From positions 1-56,901 of the IMG/VR virus record IMGVR_UViG_3300010151_000014: a stretch of 56,901 nucleotides of DNA; one strand, written 5' to 3'. Of the stretch, positions 49,020-56,901 are shown piece by piece (within the stretch, counting starts at the first letter, position 1; every line of letters begins with the position of its first letter). The position numbers and the translations under genes were made by a program. The notes beneath the pieces are model-generated. The model was not told the origin of the DNA, did not search any database, and saw only the letters and a list, made by a program, of their open reading frames with translations. The stretch comes from a virus (lineage: Duplodnaviria > Caudoviricetes).

Positions 49020-50225
49020 ATGGGCGGAGTTGCAGGTCATTTAAATCATATTCATGAAAATTTAGATTTTACATTTGGTGAAATAAAGAATGTACTATTT
49101 GATGTAGCTCATGCAAATATTGAGGTTATTGAGAAAGTCGACGGCCAAAACATGTTTTTTACATATCACGTTGGAAAAGATCAAATACTTACGGCACGTA
49201 ATAGTGGTGACATCAAAAAAGGTGGGATGACACCATCCGAATTTGCCTTAAAGTGGGCAAATCATCCAAATCAAAATGTTCAACAGGCGTTTATGAATGG
49301 TTTCTACGCCATCGCCCGCGCAATTGATTATATTGATCCTTCGTTGTTATTGAAAATATTTGGTGATAAAGGGCAAAATTACATTAACACAGAAATTATG
49401 TACACAAAGAACCCTAATATTATAAATTATGGTGGTGATTGGATCGTTTTACATAATCTGTATATATTTCATAGTGATGGAACAAAAACAATTGAGACAG
49501 GTGATAAGTTTTCTTTGCTTGTTGATGCTGTTCAAACGGCCGAGGGTGAAATTGATTCTAAGGGGTGGAAAATATCCGGCCCACAAATTGTCAATATTAA
49601 AGACATATCAGATGGCACTGCATATGACACATTTACGTCAACCCTTGATTTAATTACGGGAATGAGTGATGACGCAACAATCGGTGATTACGTTACGCAA
49701 CAATTACGTATACGTCTTACGGATAATATACCAATTAATCAACAAGAGGATGTGATTAACACAATAATCGGCGCGCCTAACTCAAAAAATATCAAAGAAC
49801 TAAAAAAAGAAATACCTAAATCATATCATAAACGATTAAGTGCAATTGCGACTAAAACAAATTCTAGAAAAATTATATCATTAATAGTTGGCCCAATAGA
49901 AAAGGTGATAAGTGATTTTGCGATTGAGGTTTTGCGTGGACTTGAATCATTTTTTCTTGTTGGTGATCATGATAAAGAAATTGTTCGAATGAGAAATGAG
50001 CTCAAAGCATCAATCGCAAAACTTGAAAATGCCCCTGCAGATAATGCAGAAAAAGCTGGTAAGTTATTAAAGAAACAACTTGGAAAATTAGGCGATATTG
50101 AAAATATAGCCTCGACAATGGAGGGGATTGTGTTTGAATATCCTTCCGGAAGCAAAGTATTATATAAGTTAACAGGCACTTTTGCGATGGTTAATCAAAT
50201 TATTGGACATGCCTATCGAGTGTAA
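49020..50225 (+). CDS. Ligase-type (KxDG) nucleotidyltransferase-like protein
   Basis: H..H.HE, EKVDGQN, ARN, EI, EGIVF, KLTG.F parallel the ligase motifs I-V. Confidence 0.6.
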   Translation: MGGVAGHLNHIHENLDFTFGEIKNVLFDVAHANIEVIEKVDGQNMFFTYHVGKDQILTARNSGDIKKGGMTPSEFALKWANHPNQNVQQAFMNGFYAIARAIDYIDPSLLLKIFGDKGQNYINTEIMYTKNPNIINYGGDWIVLHNLYIFHSDGTKTIETGDKFSLLVDAVQTAEGEIDSKGWKISGPQIVNIKDISDGTAYDTFTSTLDLITGMSDDATIGDYVTQQLRIRLTDNIPINQQEDVINTIIGAPNSKNIKELKKEIPKSYHKRLSAIATKTNSRKIISLIVGPIEKVISDFAIEVLRGLESFFLVGDHDKEIVRMRNELKASIAKLENAPADNAEKAGKLLKKQLGKLGDIENIASTMEGIVFEYPSGSKVLYKLTGTFAMVNQIIGHAYRV

Positions 50226-50248
50226 AAATCTGATATATATGATATAAT
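50220..50248 (+). promoter_or_regulatory. Promoter GTGTAA-17-TATAAT with TGn extension
   Basis: Same architecture as 40531. Confidence 0.65.
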
Positions 50249-50284
50249 ACATCTATAAAATAAATTGTTTTGATGAGGCACCAT

Positions 50285-50507
50285 ATGGTTATACAGATCG
50301 ATGATATGGTTAAAAGAAGATTTTGTGGTGAGTCACTTAAACGTATAATTACATATGTTCCAACATTTAATCCAAATTAATTATATCTTTGTATAGACGC
50401 CAATATTAGCAGTGCCTCCGTGTTTAATGCAACGACAGGGGGCCATTGAAGATATAGTGAATTCAATGGAATATTATGAGGTGATATCACATGTGATGGA
50501 TAAATAA
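50285..50507 (+). pseudogene. Decayed small gene
   Basis: Promoter, GAGG SD and ATG 50285 (MVIQIDDMVKR), then in-frame TAA, TGA and an apparent frameshift before YYEVIS. Confidence 0.45.
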
Positions 50508-50619
50508 TGTCCCCAATTAATTGTGTAATAATCTAGGCTGGTTAACAATTATAGATTTTTTTAAAAATAAAATAAATAAAGTAATATTCTAAAATTATAT
50601 ATTAATAATAGGCGGGAAT

Positions 50620-50913
50620 ATGAAAATTACAAAACAACAGTTACGACAGCTAATCTTAGATAATATTAATGAATCATCTTATCATCGTGCTGCTCATGAT
50701 CATGCTGCTCATTCAAAAGAAACGGTTTTGGCATTAATCATGGCTGGTATTGAGGAGTTGGCTAATCAAAAGGGTGTAATGATTAGTGGTGCTGATATTG
50801 AAGAATATAAATACGATATTCGGCCGCTGCTCTCTAGGGAACTCGTTCAATCGATTGGGGATATATTCTCCGAGATTATGTTCCCCGATCCTCACCTTAG
50901 GCAGGGGCACTAG
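50620..50913 (+). CDS. Hypothetical protein with tag MKITKQQLRQLILDNINE
   Basis: 97 aa; TATATATTAA element upstream. Confidence 0.75.
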   Translation: MKITKQQLRQLILDNINESSYHRAAHDHAAHSKETVLALIMAGIEELANQKGVMISGADIEEYKYDIRPLLSRELVQSIGDIFSEIMFPDPHLRQGH

Positions 50914-50976
50914 AATATGATAAAATCTTCTCCAAAGTATTAATATACTATAAGACTATACGTTGGAGGATTAATA

Positions 50977-51984
50977 TTGTTAGGTTCTAAAAATATTGTT
51001 GATGTTGTGCTAGGCATGCAATATGGGGATGAAGCAAAAGGTAAGGTAACACATTATTTGGCTTCAAATAATAATTATACACATGTCATGAGGTGGGGTG
51101 GGGGTTGCAATGCCGGGCATACTATCATCCATAATGGGCAAAAGCTCGTAACCCATTTGGTGCCGGTTGGCGTACTTCATGGGATTAAGTCTATTGTAGG
51201 TACAGGTTGCGTTCTTAACGTAGACTATTTTCTTAAAGAAATAAAATATCTTGAAAATGCAGGAGTGCAGATCACAGGCAATTTGTTTGTTGCAGAAAAT
51301 GTACATATTACAACTAGTGCCCATCTTGAAGAAGAGGCTAATGAAGTTAAAGTAGGTACCACGAGACGAGGCATCGGTCCAACATATCGTGATAAGGTTG
51401 CCCGCAAAGGATTGTTAGCAAAGCATGTCCCAGAACTCTCAAAATATCTAATTGATGTATACGAAGAGTTTCATAATACCAATGAAAATATTCGGATCCT
51501 ATGTGAAGGTGCACAAGGGTTTGGGTTGGACGTTAATTGGGGTGATTACCCTTATGTAACTAGTTCACAATGTGCACTTTCAGGTGTATTTCAAAATGCA
51601 ATTAGCCCACATTGGATTCGTGATGTATGGGGTGTCGGAAAAATATACGAAACATATGTTGGCGCAAAGCAATTTGAGCCTAGTGAAATTATATTTCAAC
51701 GTATTCGGGAAATAGGCGAAGAATATGGTGCAACTACGGGGCGAGCAAGACAATGTAATTGGCTTAATTTGAACGAGCTTATTAAGGCGGTTAAGATCAA
51801 TTCATGCAACAACCTAGTAATCAACAAAATGGATGTAATGAGAAAAGTGGGTCATTGGAAATTATATCATGATAATAAGCTATTGAGTTTTACAAAAGAA
51901 CAGCATATCAAGTCTTACATTTTAGATAATGTAAAAAATGTGTATATTCATTTTTCGGAACATAAGGATAGAATAGCGTACTAA
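50977..51984 (+). CDS. purA: Adenylosuccinate synthetase (short form)
   Basis: QYGDEAKGK, GG.NAGHT, GTT..GIGP.Y, EGAQG, YPYVTSS, GATTGR.R, NKMD. Confidence 0.88.
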   Translation: MLGSKNIVDVVLGMQYGDEAKGKVTHYLASNNNYTHVMRWGGGCNAGHTIIHNGQKLVTHLVPVGVLHGIKSIVGTGCVLNVDYFLKEIKYLENAGVQITGNLFVAENVHITTSAHLEEEANEVKVGTTRRGIGPTYRDKVARKGLLAKHVPELSKYLIDVYEEFHNTNENIRILCEGAQGFGLDVNWGDYPYVTSSQCALSGVFQNAISPHWIRDVWGVGKIYETYVGAKQFEPSEIIFQRIREIGEEYGATTGRARQCNWLNLNELIKAVKINSCNNLVINKMDVMRKVGHWKLYHDNKLLSFTKEQHIKSYILDNVKNVYIHFSEHKDRIAY

Positions 51985-52019
51985 TATGTTAACGTACACA
52001 AAATCTAAAAGTTAAGCTT

Positions 52020-52727
52020 ATGAAAAATATTGAACAGTCACATATTGCTAAATTACTTTTTTTACAACCATCAAAAACGTTTGCAGTTGAACAAATAAAA
52101 AAAAATATATTGCAACCGTTACAAAAAACAATAACAGATATTAGTATAATGAGGTGTACCGGGCAAACAACACGTATTATTATTAATGTTTTAAAAGATA
52201 TTATGCAAGGATATTCGCCCATTATATTGTCGCATAATATATATATGTCGAAGTTTATAGGGGGGAAACTAACGAATTATGGCAATAATATTGGAATGGA
52301 TTTACTATTAGTATACGAACGTGGTGTCTGCGTAGTATACAAAAGGGTGGGCAGTACACGCGATAAAGTTGTGGCCGCGCGCATAATGGCCGCCTCAAAG
52401 TGCTCCTCCCATGTCAAAGTCATAAATTTAAAGCGTATATATATTGATAACGCATTATTTGATGTTAATTATTTTAACCGTAAGCAAATGATATCATGGT
52501 GGTTAAAAGATCATCTAAAAGCGATTGTGCCCAATATTGACGAAAGTTTTAGGTTTAAATGTGGGGATTTGATTAAATGGGGTGATTATCCCGGAATAAT
52601 ATGTAATATTAATAACACCAGAAATATTTGGGACGGATCTATTACGATATTTGCCGATAAAAAAATGATAACGATCCCATTAAATAATTTTGATATATTA
52701 GAAAAATATTGTACAAACTTTAATTAA
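52020..52727 (+). CDS. Hypothetical protein (degenerate P-loop-like N-part, SH3-like C-part)
   Basis: RCTGQTT and IYIDN resemble decayed Walker motifs; FKCGDLI..G.I at the C-terminus. Confidence 0.55.
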   Translation: MKNIEQSHIAKLLFLQPSKTFAVEQIKKNILQPLQKTITDISIMRCTGQTTRIIINVLKDIMQGYSPIILSHNIYMSKFIGGKLTNYGNNIGMDLLLVYERGVCVVYKRVGSTRDKVVAARIMAASKCSSHVKVINLKRIYIDNALFDVNYFNRKQMISWWLKDHLKAIVPNIDESFRFKCGDLIKWGDYPGIICNINNTRNIWDGSITIFADKKMITIPLNNFDILEKYCTNFN

Positions 52728-52760
52728 AGTTATCTATTTTTCATATATATACAATAGAGG
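52503..52760 (+). repeat. Bipartite direct repeat, copy 1 (37 bp and about 56 bp, 165 nt apart)
   Basis: 52503-52539 is identical to 55699-55735; 52705-52760 is near-identical to 55737-55797. Confidence 0.9.
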
Positions 52761-52821
52761 TATTTTTAGATGAAGTCAAAGGTGTGTGACGTGTTGAAGA
52801 ACAGTATTAATAGGATTACAA

Positions 52822-54045
52822 ATGAAAACTTATACGCTGGCTGAGGTATATCACACCCCAGTTCGATATAAATCAAAAGAATCTTTGTTGGTTGAGGGTC
52901 TCAACGCAAAAGATATAGTGATGGACATTATTCAAATTGGTGTCGCTTCTGGGGCTGTCGTGGTGAGCGGGGGCGCCGGTGGTGACACAGTTACGGATGT
53001 TCTCTTTGCTGTAGAGAAAGCCACTGATGTCCTAGAAGAGGTCACTGGCATAATAGGAGAATTGGCGGAGCTAGGTTCGATTCTACACGCCGCAGTTAAA
53101 CTTGATTTTGCTGGTAATCCACAGAACTTCTATAATGATGTAAAAGGCCTTGTAAAAAGAACGGTTGCTTCTGGGCTTGTGGGAGAAACAGCCAAGAACT
53201 TTATTGAGGATGTCGCAGAGACGGTTTATAAAGTAATAGGAAAATTAGTTCGAGCAATATCGAAATGGGTTTCAGCATTGTTTCCCGATGATTTTGGGCT
53301 CAGTGGACCGGCTTTTGAAGCTACGATGTCCACTGCGATTTCTTCGGTTGCTGCAAATTCTTATAATTTGGCGACTGGTGCCGTGGAAGCTCTTGGTGAA
53401 ACGGGCAAACTCATAACTGATTCGGATGCGCTCGAGGCATTTCTTTTAGACATTACAGATAGTGCAATAAATTACGGAGAAAAAGTAAACGATATTATTC
53501 AAAACCCGGATCCAGAAAAAGCAACGTTAATGGGATCATTGAAGGCAACAGCAAAGCTTGGAATTGAGATTCATCCATTGGTAGCAACAGGCGCTTGGGC
53601 TGCGAGGAAAATGGGAATGGATACCGATACGTTGGCAGAAGATTACTTAGACGTAGTAGAACACCTACATCCCAAGCACCCTGCTAGCTTGATGATGAAA
53701 AAAATACTTCCTAAGGGTCTCTTTGCGCTTGAACAAATTAGGGACGACTGGATTCCAGCCGCAGCCGAGGTCATGCACAAACTGATCTCTTGGCTTTTTG
53801 CCGCGATTGCCCTTTTTCAGATGATTATGAATCCAAAAGAAAGAAAAGAGATTTTGGCTGTCAAAACCAGAAAATCGGATTTTGATCCTCTTGGAATTGA
53901 AGGCTTGGATGACCTCGATATAAAGCTTGGTGATGAAGATGTTGACATGACGCAAAGAAAGTTGGCTGCGCACAGATATCTAAGCAATGAACTCTTGATC
54001 AGGGAATGGGTGAGGTTGAGGTTGGGACAACGTGTGTTGCGTTGA
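52822..54045 (+). CDS. Helical hypothetical protein, possibly virion-delivered
   Basis: 407 aa; LLVE near the N-terminus, Gly-rich hydrophobic segment, C-terminal LLIREWVR tag. Confidence 0.75.
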   Translation: MKTYTLAEVYHTPVRYKSKESLLVEGLNAKDIVMDIIQIGVASGAVVVSGGAGGDTVTDVLFAVEKATDVLEEVTGIIGELAELGSILHAAVKLDFAGNPQNFYNDVKGLVKRTVASGLVGETAKNFIEDVAETVYKVIGKLVRAISKWVSALFPDDFGLSGPAFEATMSTAISSVAANSYNLATGAVEALGETGKLITDSDALEAFLLDITDSAINYGEKVNDIIQNPDPEKATLMGSLKATAKLGIEIHPLVATGAWAARKMGMDTDTLAEDYLDVVEHLHPKHPASLMMKKILPKGLFALEQIRDDWIPAAAEVMHKLISWLFAAIALFQMIMNPKERKEILAVKTRKSDFDPLGIEGLDDLDIKLGDEDVDMTQRKLAAHRYLSNELLIREWVRLRLGQRVLR

Positions 54046-54119
54046 AGAACCGAACTAACGGCCGATAATTACGATCACGATACGGCGATTCGTGATGTGC
54101 TAAACAGGAATTTAACAGC

Positions 54120-54407
54120 ATGCCCTATCAGGTTAATGATCTTAGCAAAAACAAAAAGAAGAAAACTTGTAAGCAAAAGTCAACCGGTAAGACGGGTCGG
54201 TGGACGCTGTCATACACTGACAAGAAAGGAAAACATCACAAGATCTGTCACACCTCGAAAGCAAATGCAGGGGCTCAAATGAAAGCGATCGAACGTGGTA
54301 AACATGAGGAAGATGCTCACGAAGCCGAAACACTGGATGGGTGTGGTGAGGACAAAAAGAACCTGCTGCGGGTGTTTGTCAGAAAAGCGCTGTTTGAGTC
54401 TGTGTGA
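54120..54407 (+). CDS. Basic small protein with C-terminal tag LLRVFVRKALFE
   Basis: AGGA SD; better supported than the overlapping 54097 ORF. Confidence 0.65.
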   Translation: MPYQVNDLSKNKKKKTCKQKSTGKTGRWTLSYTDKKGKHHKICHTSKANAGAQMKAIERGKHEEDAHEAETLDGCGEDKKNLLRVFVRKALFESV

Positions 54408-54413
54408 TCTTTC

Positions 54414-54460
54414 ACATATTTCGCACAATCAATTGATCTTTTGGCGTGTGCGAAATATGT
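54414..54460. repeat. 14-bp perfect inverted repeat with 19-nt spacer
   Basis: acatatttcgcaca (54414-54427) and tgtgcgaaatatgt (54447-54460). Confidence 0.85.
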
Positions 54461-54480
54461 ATGAAAACATAAAGGTTAAT

Positions 54481-54693
54481 ATGCGTGGAGAAGCTATAGT
54501 GCACATTTTATCATTGTTATTGTTGCTTGGTTGTTCTGGTTTGGGCGCAGAACAAGATATGCCCACAGATAATGAAATACAAAAACAGCGCCTTATGCTT
54601 GATAGGTTGGACGCACCGACAAGTTCCAGGCTCGAGCTAACAGATATTGCGGCATCAAAAATAAGACTCATCCACATGAGTGAGAGCAAATGA
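54481..54693 (+). CDS. Putative small lipoprotein
   Basis: ILSLLLLLGC lipobox; start ATG 54481 or GTG 54499 after GGAG. Confidence 0.55.
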   Translation: MRGEAIVHILSLLLLLGCSGLGAEQDMPTDNEIQKQRLMLDRLDAPTSSRLELTDIAASKIRLIHMSESK

Positions 54694-54857
54694 TATGGTT
54701 ACTCAAGAATCTTCTAGCGATTGTTTCAAAGACCAAACGTGCGGTATTTGATCACGATCCAGAAATGATGACCCAGATAATCAGGGTTGAAAAGGAAACA
54801 AAACGCCTGCAGCGGTTGGTTTTGTTTCATTCAAGAAAAATGAAAATAAAAACCTAA
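54690..54857 (+). CDS. 55-aa hypothetical protein (not in ORF track)
   Basis: ATGA-coupled, MIWLLKNLLAIV...KIKT. Confidence 0.5.
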   Translation: MIWLLKNLLAIVSKTKRAVFDHDPEMMTQIIRVEKETKRLQRLVLFHSRKMKIKT

Positions 54858-54932
54858 ACATTTATGAGTTAGCGTTTATTATTTGTATAGATTGATTGAT
54901 TTGCCTTGAAGGAAATCTTTCAATTTGTAACA

Positions 54933-54948
54933 CTCGCTGAAACAGGAG
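54933..54948 (+). promoter_or_regulatory. ROSE-like RNA thermometer hairpin over the hsp20 SD
   Basis: CTCGCT-gaaac-AGGAG: U(U/C)GCU motif pairs with the SD, 8 nt before ATG 54957. Confidence 0.65.
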
Positions 54949-54956
54949 AAAACAGC

Positions 54957-55406
54957 ATGACAAACATACGTACTACTTATCGCGCAAATTCGCAACTACC
55001 CAGCTTGCTTGGCGGCCGGATTTTTGATGATTTTTTTGACAACATCTTCTCGAATTTTCCGACGCACTTGCAGCGTTCTACACAGGGATACCCTGTTGCC
55101 GATATCTATCGGCACAACGGTGGAGATACTGTGTTGGAGTTCGCCCTCGCGGGGTTCAACAAGGATGAGCTTTCAGTAGCCATCCAGCCCGAAGATCGTA
55201 GCATCACCGTTACGGCGACATCAAATGTCGATGACGAGAGAGACGATTCTCGCCGCATTGCCCGTCGGAGTTTTTGTAAGACATTCGTTAACTATGACAA
55301 TAACCTCGATCTTTCAAAGGCCGAAGCGAATTTTGAAAACGGGCTTCTTACCGTCAGAGTTCCGACTCGGGACGAAGTTCCACCCGTAGAGATCAAGATA
55401 CTGTAA
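54957..55406 (+). CDS. Small heat-shock protein (Hsp20/IbpA-like)
   Basis: YP..DI, EFALAGF, IARRSF, A.FENGLLTV, IKI; start placed at ATG 54957. Confidence 0.92.
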   Translation: MTNIRTTYRANSQLPSLLGGRIFDDFFDNIFSNFPTHLQRSTQGYPVADIYRHNGGDTVLEFALAGFNKDELSVAIQPEDRSITVTATSNVDDERDDSRRIARRSFCKTFVNYDNNLDLSKAEANFENGLLTVRVPTRDEVPPVEIKIL

Positions 55407-55415
55407 TTTACAAAG

Positions 55416-55696
55416 TTACGATATTGAAACAAGAATATCGCCAGTGGGGTCAACACCGTCCAGATATCCCTCAAAAGCCAGAACAAGACCGGATTGGGAG
55501 CAGCAACCGTGGAAAGCTTAGAGCCTTGTTTGGGCAACTCTTTTGCGGGGTGAATGCCCGACCCCGGCCATATAGATTTTGGCACTAGAACACAGATATC
55601 TCTGTTTATATCGATCTTCAGTATTTCAAATTCTGATTTGTTACCGAAATACCCATGCCACACCAAGACGTTTTCAACTAACTCAATGTAGCTCAT
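55416..55696 (-). pseudogene. Fragment of a trypsin-like serine protease gene
   Basis: EILKID..RDICVL...PK.G......AAP, then a frameshift into GLVLAFEGYLDG...SIS*; catalytic His and GSSG regions are missing. Confidence 0.5.
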
Positions 55697-55698
55697 GA

Positions 55699-55797
55699 TT
55701 AAAAGATCATCTAAAAGCGATTGTGCCCAATATTGCAATATTGTACAAACTTTAAAGTTTAAAGTTATCTATTTTTCATATATATATACAATAGAGG
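55699..55797 (+). repeat. Bipartite direct repeat, copy 2 (fused form)
   Basis: The two parts of the 52503-52760 repeat joined at aatattg-c-aatattg. Confidence 0.9.
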
Positions 55798-55807
55798 CAT
55801 TAACATT

Positions 55808-56629
55808 ATGAGATCTAAAATAGGTTACACCAATATTGGTCGATATGATGAGAGAAACATTTATAATATTACATCATCGAAACAACTTAAGCTACTAATC
55901 AATGATGAGCTTGACAACATACGTTCAGATCAAAATTTAGATGAAGGAGTAATGGACTGGATTCAAACCAGTTTGGATGTTGTTGGTTTAATCCCAGGTG
56001 TTGGCGAGGTTGCTGATGCAATTAATGCGATTATATCACTTGGTCGGGGAAACCCAATTGAGGCGCTTCTTTCACTAATATCAATGATTCCAACCGCCGG
56101 TGACATAATTGGAAAGGGCGGAAAAGTTATATATAAACTTTTTAAACCTGCTTTGGCGTTATTTAAAGGTGGCGCAAAAACCGGCAAGATTATTAATAAA
56201 ATTGGCGCCAAAAATATTAAAAAAGCTTGGCCAATGATTGAACCAGTTAAGAATCTTATTGTACAACATGGCCCACAAATGGTTGATCTTCTCAAACACA
56301 TCAAGGCAAAGGATATCACAGGAATTGAAAAAATTATTGGGAAAAAAGTCCCTAAGGTGGCTCTTGGCGCCGTTGAAAAAGTTTTAGAGAACGTTGCCAA
56401 TAAACTTCCGAGCGCTGACATTCAAAGTGTACTTAAGTTTCTCGCTGAAATCGATATCGGTGACAAGCTATTCGGTGGGGGTGATGATACAGGTGAATTA
56501 GAACAGGCGTTAGAAGCAACCTTTCATAATGGCCCATTACTTTTGGGTCAGGCATTGTATGGGGATAAATATGTTAATGAGCAATTAATGTACTATGCAG
56601 ATGAGATTGAACGTGTCTTAAAATCTTAA
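55808..56629 (+). CDS. Protein with pre-toxin TG (PT-TG)-like domain
   Basis: LDVVGLIPGVGEVADAINA......G....A.LSLISMIP..GD...K pattern. Confidence 0.7.
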   Translation: MRSKIGYTNIGRYDERNIYNITSSKQLKLLINDELDNIRSDQNLDEGVMDWIQTSLDVVGLIPGVGEVADAINAIISLGRGNPIEALLSLISMIPTAGDIIGKGGKVIYKLFKPALALFKGGAKTGKIINKIGAKNIKKAWPMIEPVKNLIVQHGPQMVDLLKHIKAKDITGIEKIIGKKVPKVALGAVEKVLENVANKLPSADIQSVLKFLAEIDIGDKLFGGGDDTGELEQALEATFHNGPLLLGQALYGDKYVNEQLMYYADEIERVLKS

Positions 56630-56695
56630 GACTTTTTTGGTAATTAAAAAATATTTGAATGTACATGCAAAGCTTCATAAAGAATGGTCCGAAGA

Positions 56696-56901
56696 ATGAG
56701 TGAACGGCTATTACGAGAATGGATAAGGGAGAAGTTAGTTGAGGCTGGTGCTTCGGCTGAGCGACAAGAGTATGGCCTGATCGACTCGATTAATGCCATG
56801 GCAACTCCTGAAAAACCAGTCGAGTTAAAGAGCTCTGGTGAAACAATTCTTGATGTAATTGGTGCTTCAAAAGTTGAGGGTATGAATGACTTAGGCAAAG
56901 A
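56696..56901 (+). CDS. 3'-truncated hypothetical protein with tag MSERLLREWIREKLVE
   Basis: Open to the window end; not in the ORF track. Confidence 0.7.
   Translation, partial: MSERLLREWIREKLVEAGASAERQEYGLIDSINAMATPEKPVELKSSGETILDVIGASKVEGMNDLGK

Noticed and set aside
50977-51984. PurZ / Z-genome pathway
   Set aside because: The catalytic Asp is retained (GDEAKGK, not GSxxKG), with canonical GATTGR.R and GTP-type NKMD, so it reads as PurA. The only HD protein (DatZ candidate) is degenerate.
55292-55738. 148-aa - strand ORF as an intact gene
   Set aside because: It starts inside the repeat and runs 115 nt into hsp20; better explained as a frameshifted protease fragment.

Overview
AT-rich, gene-dense segment, almost all on the + strand, from a large (jumbo-type) dsDNA phage with distant T4-like organisation; no rRNA, tRNA or CRISPR array was seen. 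From left to right: a replication/recombination block (minimal family-A polymerase, gp32-like SSB, RecA/UvsX with a 148-aa mini-intein, a decayed 5'-3' exonuclease, DnaB/gp41 helicase, class II RNR); a lysis cassette; a putative DNA base-hypermodification cluster wrapped around a DnaE polymerase (dNTP pyrophosphatase, dNMP kinase, GT-B glycosyltransferase, a thymidylate-synthase-fold enzyme with the dCMP-type Asp, SDR epimerase, cupin, DHH); a block of unknown, probably virion-associated proteins; GroEL, Rnl2 and a sigma70 whose region-4.2 helix-turn-helix appears to sit in a separate downstream gene; and an accessory region. Main candidates for novelty: (1) the glycosyl-cytosine cluster coupled to DnaE; (2) the split sigma factor, with a promoter family of non-canonical -35; (3) a recurring L(R/K)xx(I/V)xxx(L/I)xE terminal tag on about 16 unrelated proteins, including GNAT, 2H-phosphoesterase and PT-TG cargo, with two foreign-looking segments bounded by direct repeats, one of them duplicating the tag itself; (4) several catalytically dead enzyme homologues (HD, SOD, PCD, 5'-3' exonuclease). 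All family calls come from motifs recognised by eye; no database searches were run.
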